Positions 58,336 through 64,000 of a stretch of DNA of 64,000 nucleotides are shown in pieces; position 1 is the first letter of the stretch; each line of letters starts with the position of its first letter. The translations under genes and the position numbers were made by a program. The stretch is from Candidatus Lustribacter sp. (GTDB lineage: Bacteria > Vulcanimicrobiota > Vulcanimicrobiia > Vulcanimicrobiales > Vulcanimicrobiaceae), in NCBI GenBank assembly GCA_965277805.1, contig OZ255842.1, positions 1,440,001 through 1,504,000 on the forward strand, read 5' to 3'. The notes below the pieces were generated by a model that was not told where the DNA came from, did not search any database, and worked only from the letters and a program-made list of their open reading frames with translations.

Positions 58336-59919
58336 ATGGGGTACAATGGAATTGCCAGGCATGCGCTGAGCACGCGTCTTGTCATTGCCACTCGGGTGTG
58401 GCGTGACGTCTCTGGACGCGGTAAAGGCGTTCCGGAATTATCGCGTGCCAACGCCGAACTGACGCGCAAAATTTCCGAACTCGAGCAGAAGTTGGCGGAG
58501 CGTACGACCGCACGCGACGACGTTGCTCGCGAACAGGCGCTCACCGAACTCGCGCGCACTAACGCTGAACTCAAGCAGCGCTTGGCCGAACGGACGATCG
58601 AACGCGACGACGTCGCACGCGAAGAAGCCCTCGCCGAGCTGGCGCGCACGAACGCCGAACTCAAGCAGCGCCTGGCCGAGCGCACGATCGAACGCGACGA
58701 CGTCGCACGCGAAGAAGCCCTCGCCGAGCTGGCGCGCACCAACGCCGAACTCAAGCAGCGGCTGGCCGAACGCACGATCGAACGCGATGACGTCGCCCGT
58801 GAAGAAGCCGTCGCGGAGCTGTTGCGCACCAACGCCGAGTTGAAGCAACGCCTCGCCAAACGCACGATCGAACGCGACGACGCGGCGCGTGAGGAAGCCC
58901 TGACGCAGCTCTCGCGCACGAACGCCGAGCTGAAACAGCAGTTGGCCGCGCGGACGATCGAGCGCGACGACGCGGCGCGCGAGGAAGCGGTCACGGAGCT
59001 CTTACGCACCAACGCCGAACTCAAGCAGCGGCTGGCCGAGCGGACGATCGAGCGCGACGATGTCGCTCGCGAGGAAGCGGTCACGGAGCTCTTGCGCACC
59101 AACGCCGAACTCAAGCAGCGGCTGGCCGAACGGACGATCGAACGCGACGATGTCGCCCGCGAAGAAGCCGTCACGGAGCTGTTGCGCACGGACACGGCGG
59201 AAGAACAGTCGCGCGTGCACGCAGCCGAACTCGAAGTGCTCAACGACGAGCTGGAAAGTTTCAGCTATACCGTCTCGCACGATCTGCGCTCACCGCTGCG
59301 CGCCGTGCTGGCCTATACCAGCGCACTCGAGGAAGATTACAGTTCGCTGCTCGACGAGGAGGGACGGCGGCTCTTGAACGTCGTGCACGCCGAGGCCGGC
59401 CGCATGGGCGATTTGATCGACGATCTCTTGGCCTTCTCGCAACTCGGCCGGAAGCATATCGTGAGCGTGCCGATCGACATGGACAGCCTCGTTCGCGAAG
59501 TCGTCAAAGCCCAAACGCAAATGGGCGGCGAGGGCGCCGTCTTCGACATCGGCCCGCTGCCGAGCGTGCGCGGCGACCGGTCGCTGCTGCGTCAGGTCTG
59601 GACGAACCTTATTTCAAACGGCCTCAAATATTCGAGCAAGAAGGATCATCCGAACGTGCACATCTGGGCCGTCACCGAAGAGAACCGCGTCGTCTACAAC
59701 GTGCAAGACGACGGCGTCGGCTTCGACATGGCGTACGCCGACAAGCTCTTCGGCGTCTTTCAACGGCTGCACCGCAGCGAAGAATTTGCCGGCACCGGCG
59801 TGGGCCTCGCGATCGCGCAGCGCGTCGTGGAGCGCCACGGCGGCACCATCTGGGCCGACGCCAAACTCGGCGAGGGTGCCACCTTTTCATTTGCACTTCC
59901 TAGTGGAGAAAATGCATGA
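58336..59919 (+). CDS. Cytoplasmic histidine kinase with tandem 30-aa coiled-coil repeats (start uncertain; GTG 58396 possible)
   Basis: FSYTVSHDLRSP (H-box), NLISNGLKYS, DDGVGF, GTGVGLA. Confidence 0.9.
   Translation: MGYNGIARHALSTRLVIATRVWRDVSGRGKGVPELSRANAELTRKISELEQKLAERTTARDDVAREQALTELARTNAELKQRLAERTIERDDVAREEALAELARTNAELKQRLAERTIERDDVAREEALAELARTNAELKQRLAERTIERDDVAREEAVAELLRTNAELKQRLAKRTIERDDAAREEALTQLSRTNAELKQQLAARTIERDDAAREEAVTELLRTNAELKQRLAERTIERDDVAREEAVTELLRTNAELKQRLAERTIERDDVAREEAVTELLRTDTAEEQSRVHAAELEVLNDELESFSYTVSHDLRSPLRAVLAYTSALEEDYSSLLDEEGRRLLNVVHAEAGRMGDLIDDLLAFSQLGRKHIVSVPIDMDSLVREVVKAQTQMGGEGAVFDIGPLPSVRGDRSLLRQVWTNLISNGLKYSSKKDHPNVHIWAVTEENRVVYNVQDDGVGFDMAYADKLFGVFQRLHRSEEFAGTGVGLAIAQRVVERHGGTIWADAKLGEGATFSFALPSGENA
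58450..59190 (+). repeat. In-frame 90-bp tandem array: 7 units (58561-59190) plus one 111-bp leading unit
   Basis: AACGC(C/T)GA(A/G) at 58450, 58561, 58651, 58741, 58831, 58921, 59011, 59101. Unit NAELKQRLAERTIERDDVAREEALAELART. Confidence 0.95.
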
Positions 59920-60359
59920 GCGAGTTCGACGACGTCGAGATCCTCTTAGTCGAGGATAATCGGCAAGACGCCGAGATGACGATTCGCGCGTTGAAGAAGT
60001 GCAGCATTCTCAACAAACTCTTCTGGGCGAAGGACGGGGTCGAGGCGCTGGATTTCGTTCGCTGTCAAGGAGCTTACGAAGGCCGCGACCCGAGTCAAGT
60101 TCCGAAACTGATCCTGCTCGACCTCAAGATGCCGCGCCTCGACGGGCTCGACGTGCTGCGCGCCCTGAAGTCCGACCAGAAAACGCGCCAGATTCCGATC
60201 GTCGCGATGACCTCCTCGAACCAGGAACGCGACGTTACCGAGAGCTACCGGCTCGGGGTCAACGGCTACGTCACGAAACCCGTGCAGTTTGCGGCATTCA
60301 TGGAGGCCGTTGCCAACGTCGGCATGTACTGGCTGTTCGTCAATCAGACCCGGACGTGA
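59916..60359 (+). CDS. Single-domain response regulator (Rcp1-like)
   Basis: ILLVEDN, DGVEALDF, LLDLKMP, YRLGVNGYVTKP. Confidence 0.92.
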   Translation: MSEFDDVEILLVEDNRQDAEMTIRALKKCSILNKLFWAKDGVEALDFVRCQGAYEGRDPSQVPKLILLDLKMPRLDGLDVLRALKSDQKTRQIPIVAMTSSNQERDVTESYRLGVNGYVTKPVQFAAFMEAVANVGMYWLFVNQTRT

Positions 60360-61093
60360 CCGCCGTAAGCGACGAGCAGCAGCGCGCCGCAATCGAAGCG
60401 CTCGAGACCGAACTGGAGAGCATCTGCTACTCGGTCTCGCACGATCTCCGCGCCCCCGTGCGTGCCGTGATCGGATTCGCGCGGGCCCTGGAAGATGAGT
60501 ACGCCGCACGACTCGACGTCGAGGGCCGGCGCTTGCTGCAGGTGGTGGTTAGCGAGGCCGGACGCGTCAATAGCTTGATCGAGCAACTGGTGGCGTTCTC
60601 GCGGTTGGGACGTCAGGCGATGGAATCCATGCCCATCGACATGTCGCTGCTCGCCCGCAGCGTCGCAGCCGAACTTTTCGAGTCGGGCGGCCCGGACCAC
60701 GCAATCCTCGAAATCGACGACTTGCCGGCCGTTAGCGGCGATCGCGCTTTGCTGCGCAGCGTGTGGGAGCACCTGATCGCGAATGCCGCGAAGTTCGCAG
60801 GCCGGCAACCGATTCCGCGGTTGCACATTCACGGGACGGCCGAGCCTGGCCGGGTCATCTATCACGTGCGCGATAACGGGGTCGGCTTCGACATGGCCTA
60901 CGCCGATAAGCTCTTCGGTCTCTTTCAACGCATGCAGAACGATGCGGCCTATCCCGGTACGGGCGTCGGCCTCGCCATGGTGCAGCGGATCGTGCATCGC
61001 CACGGAGGCACCGTTTGGGCCGATGCCAAGCTCGGCGGTGGCGCGACGTTTTCATTCGCGCTGCCGGCCGCATCGCCGCCCGGCGCACGCTGA
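60356..61093 (+). CDS. Sensorless histidine kinase (HisKA + HATPase only)
   Basis: CYSVSHDLRAP, HLIANAAKF, DNGVGF, GTGVGLA. Confidence 0.88.
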   Translation: MTAVSDEQQRAAIEALETELESICYSVSHDLRAPVRAVIGFARALEDEYAARLDVEGRRLLQVVVSEAGRVNSLIEQLVAFSRLGRQAMESMPIDMSLLARSVAAELFESGGPDHAILEIDDLPAVSGDRALLRSVWEHLIANAAKFAGRQPIPRLHIHGTAEPGRVIYHVRDNGVGFDMAYADKLFGLFQRMQNDAAYPGTGVGLAMVQRIVHRHGGTVWADAKLGGGATFSFALPAASPPGAR

Positions 61094-61533
61094 TGGATGA
61101 GTTTACCGGTATCGAGGTCCTGCTCGTCGAGGACAACGAGCACGATGCGGAACTGACCATGCGCGCCTTCAAGAAATGCAACCTGCTACAAAAGCTCTAT
61201 TGGGTCAAGGATGGAGTGGAGGCGCTTGATTTCATCGCCGGTGCGGGCGCATTCGCGGCGCGCGATGCACAGGAGCTCCCGCGCTTGATCCTGCTCGACT
61301 TGAAAATGCCGCGCTTGAACGGCATCGACGTGTTACGTTCGCTGAAGTCGAACGAGCGTACGCACGCGATCCCCATCGTTGTCATGACATCTTCGAGCGA
61401 ACCGCGTGACCTCGATGAATGTTACAACTTAGGGGTCAACGGCTACGTGGCCAAACCGATCGAGTACACCGGACTCACGGAAGCGGTGGCGCGGATCGGC
61501 ATGTTCTGGCTGCTGGTCAACCGCGTTCCGTGA
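61093..61533 (+). CDS. Single-domain response regulator (Rcp1-like)
   Basis: VLLVEDN, LLDLKMP, YNLGVNGYVAKP. Confidence 0.92.
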   Translation: MDEFTGIEVLLVEDNEHDAELTMRAFKKCNLLQKLYWVKDGVEALDFIAGAGAFAARDAQELPRLILLDLKMPRLNGIDVLRSLKSNERTHAIPIVVMTSSSEPRDLDECYNLGVNGYVAKPIEYTGLTEAVARIGMFWLLVNRVP

Positions 61534-64000
61534 ACCAGGCTAGGCGAGAATCCGCGGCTGCCGGCGCGCCGAAGCAGATCGCGGTTCTCATCATCGACGA
61601 CAACCCGCTCGATTCCGAGCTCGCGTGCATGGAGCTCAGGCGCGCCGGCGTCACCACCGAGTTCGTCGTTGCAGCCGACCAGCAGCAATTGCGCGAGGCG
61701 CTGAAGCTCATCGTTCCGGACGTGGTTCTGTGCGATTTCTCCTTTCCGGACTTCGACGGCTACGCCGCGCAGAAGGTCGTCCACGAATCCTTTCCCGATG
61801 TGCCGCTGATCTTCGTCACCGGAACGATCAGCGAAGCGCGCGCGGTCACTGCCGTTCAAGCCGGCGCCGTCGACTTCGTGCTTAAGTCGAACCTCACGCG
61901 TTTACCGAGCGTAGTAGAACGCGCCGTGCGCGAGGCTCGCGAGCGCAAACGGCTCGTCGTTTCGCTCGAGAGTGCGGAAGAGCGCTCGCGCCGGCAAGCG
62001 CAGCGGCTGGAATCGCTCTGGCGCATCCTCAACGATCCGCGCTTGCAAGGGCCGGCCCTGATCACCGCACTGCTACGGCAAGCAGCGGCTGCGCTGCGCT
62101 CGGAGCAACACTTTCGCGGCACGCTCTCGCGAGTTGAAAGCGAGATCGTCGAGACGATTGCGATCGGAATCAGCTCCACCGACCAAGACCGGCGCATGAC
62201 CGGACCGGAGGTCGGCCATCGCCGCAAGCTCTCCGGGACGATCATTCCCAGCGTTTCCCGTTCGGCGGCCTGGGATGATCTGTGCGCGATGCCGACGCTC
62301 CCGGATGACTTGGCGAAACGCGGCTGGCGTTCGGCGATCTGCACGCGCTTCGATGCGGCCGGTTTACGCTACGCGCTGACCTTTGCGTCGCCCGATGTCA
62401 CCCAGATCGCGTTCGGTTCCGAAGATATTGCCTACGTCGAAGTGCTCGGCGCCTCGATCGCGCGCCTGATGGAAGTCAACGAACTCACGGATACGCTGCG
62501 CGAGGCCGAAGAACGCTCGCGCCAGCATGCCGCGCGCCTCGAAGCCCTCTGGGGACTCGTCAACGACCCGAGTTTGCGCGACGAAGAGCTGTGGCCCGCG
62601 ATGCTCGCGCAAGCCGGAAGCGAATTGCAGCCGGGTCAGAACTACCGCGGGACGCTGTGGCAGATCCAGAATGACGAGATGGTTGTCGTCGCGTTCTACG
62701 CGGCCCCGGGCGAGTCCGACGAAAGCATTACCGGCGGTATCGGGTTCACGCGTCCCTTGCAGACGACGCTCGTCGGCGAAATGCTGGCGCAGGGCGGCGG
62801 GACGCGATCGTGGGACGATACGCGTGAAACGAAGCGCGGGCACGCGTTCGCGGGCATGGGCCAATCGCGCGCGCTCGTCGCAACGACGTTCAGTGCCGGC
62901 GGCACGCAGTGGGCGCTAACATTTACTTCGATCAGTCCGGCGAAGAGACGCCTGCGGGCCGAAGAGAACGCGTATATCGAAATTCTCGCGTCCTTTTTTG
63001 CCAACCGGGTCCAACAGCGCTGGCAATTCGAACGCATCCAATTCCAGCAATCGCACGACGTGCTGACGGGTCTTCTAAGCCGCTCGCAGTTTCGGGCGCA
63101 GGCCCGCTCGGCATCCCGGACCGGGGCGCGCTATGCCGTCATCGTGGTCGACATCAACGCCTTCCGCGAGATCAACGAGTCCTACGGTCACATGATCGGC
63201 GACGCGATCCTGGTCGAAGTCGGCAGCGCGCTGTTGAAGCGCGCATCGGGAGCCGAGATCGTCGGGCGCGTCGGCGGCGACGTCTTCGCGATCTATATTG
63301 CCAACCCGGTGTCGCGTGACTTCGTGCTGAGCCGGGCAGCCCACTTCGCCGGCGCGTTTGGCGAAGGGTTCTCCACCGGCGATGCTCACGGAACCGAGTT
63401 CGTTTCGCGGACGGCGAACCTGGGCATCGCCCTCGCGCCGGAAGACGGAACGGAGTTCGACGTCATTCTTTCGCGCGCCGAGGCGGCGCTGCTCAGCGCC
63501 AAGCAGCGCGGTCACGCGACGACCGTCTTCTTCGAACTCGGAATGGAAGGCGATGCGCATCGCCGCGCAACGTTGCGCAACGAACTCGCGGATGCGATTT
63601 CCAACGATCAGTTCACGCTGTACTACCAACCTCACGTCGAGCTCAGCACCGGCGCCGTTACGGGCTGCGAGGCCCTGATTCGCTGGAATCATCCGGAGCG
63701 CGGGCTGGTGCTGCCCGGCAACTTCATCCCGTTTGCCGAGCAGTCGGGAATGATCACGGCGATCGACGACTGGGTGTTACGCAATGCTTGCGAAGCTTCG
63801 AAAGAGCTCGGATCGATGCGGCCGGGATTCCGGCTGTTCTTCAATCTTTCGGGGCGGCAGGCCGGCGACCCGAAGCTGATCCGCGCGCTGTCCGCAGCGG
63901 CCCGCAAGGGCGTTGCGCTGGAGAACCTCGGCGTCGAGATCACCGAGAGCGACGCGATGCGCGACGTCGAGGCCACGCGCCGCGTGTGCCGGGCGCTGCG
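61530..64000 (+). CDS. REC + two GAF-like repeats + GGDEF (degenerate) + EAL protein (3' truncated)
   Basis: Open frame from GTG 61530 to the window end (absent from the ORF track because it has no stop). VLIIDDN, VLCD, HDVLTGL, GRVGGDVF, YYQP, GCEALIRW, EITES. Confidence 0.9.
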   Translation, partial: MNQARRESAAAGAPKQIAVLIIDDNPLDSELACMELRRAGVTTEFVVAADQQQLREALKLIVPDVVLCDFSFPDFDGYAAQKVVHESFPDVPLIFVTGTISEARAVTAVQAGAVDFVLKSNLTRLPSVVERAVREARERKRLVVSLESAEERSRRQAQRLESLWRILNDPRLQGPALITALLRQAAAALRSEQHFRGTLSRVESEIVETIAIGISSTDQDRRMTGPEVGHRRKLSGTIIPSVSRSAAWDDLCAMPTLPDDLAKRGWRSAICTRFDAAGLRYALTFASPDVTQIAFGSEDIAYVEVLGASIARLMEVNELTDTLREAEERSRQHAARLEALWGLVNDPSLRDEELWPAMLAQAGSELQPGQNYRGTLWQIQNDEMVVVAFYAAPGESDESITGGIGFTRPLQTTLVGEMLAQGGGTRSWDDTRETKRGHAFAGMGQSRALVATTFSAGGTQWALTFTSISPAKRRLRAEENAYIEILASFFANRVQQRWQFERIQFQQSHDVLTGLLSRSQFRAQARSASRTGARYAVIVVDINAFREINESYGHMIGDAILVEVGSALLKRASGAEIVGRVGGDVFAIYIANPVSRDFVLSRAAHFAGAFGEGFSTGDAHGTEFVSRTANLGIALAPEDGTEFDVILSRAEAALLSAKQRGHATTVFFELGMEGDAHRRATLRNELADAISNDQFTLYYQPHVELSTGAVTGCEALIRWNHPERGLVLPGNFIPFAEQSGMITAIDDWVLRNACEASKELGSMRPGFRLFFNLSGRQAGDPKLIRALSAAARKGVALENLGVEITESDAMRDVEATRRVCRAL

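Noticed and set aside
58450-59190. CRISPR array
   Set aside because: Contiguous 90-bp in-frame coding repeats with no unique spacers; no cas genes
58245-59243. 332-aa repetitive minus-strand ORF
   Set aside because: Antisense shadow of the kinase repeat array
1-64000. tRNA/rRNA genes
   Set aside because: Intergenic gaps are short and no cloverleaf or rRNA signatures were recognised by eye

Overview
High-GC bacterial chromosomal window. Gene content and the many orphan substrate-binding proteins suggest Eremiobacterota/Vulcanimicrobiota, but this is inference only. (1) 1-10700: catabolic/uptake genes (UbiD C-terminus, enoyl-CoA hydratase, two alpha/beta hydrolases, two VOC proteins, SBPs, an orphan molybdoenzyme large subunit, an EAL phosphodiesterase). 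(2) 10716-17838: a lower-GC island built around a SARP-type wHTH-BTAD-STAND-TPR regulator. All three flanking genes carry the same promoter signature, CGGCACG-N4-CGGCACG-N9-TAnnnT. One target is a frameshifted secreted IPT...SLH protein, another is preceded by a 6-codon mini-ORF. This is the best candidate for an undescribed system. (3) nrdJ with a LAGLIDADG intein at the catalytic Cys, preceded by a LexA box and NrdR boxes. (4) Housekeeping genes (yqeG, pepP, infA, valS, pyrR-pyrB-pyrC-carA, MoxR-DUF58-VWA, pdxH, carB, pbpA-pknB, ruvCAB, spoIID, queA). Four of these appear to need non-canonical starts (ATA, ATT, CTG, ATC), and many transcription units begin about 10 nt after a sigmaH-like GG-N19-GAA motif. 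(5) 55361-64000: a c-di-GMP phosphorelay cluster including a sensorless histidine kinase with about 8 tandem 30-aa S-helix-like repeats. No rRNA, tRNA, CRISPR or transposase was seen. All calls were made by eye; no searches were run.
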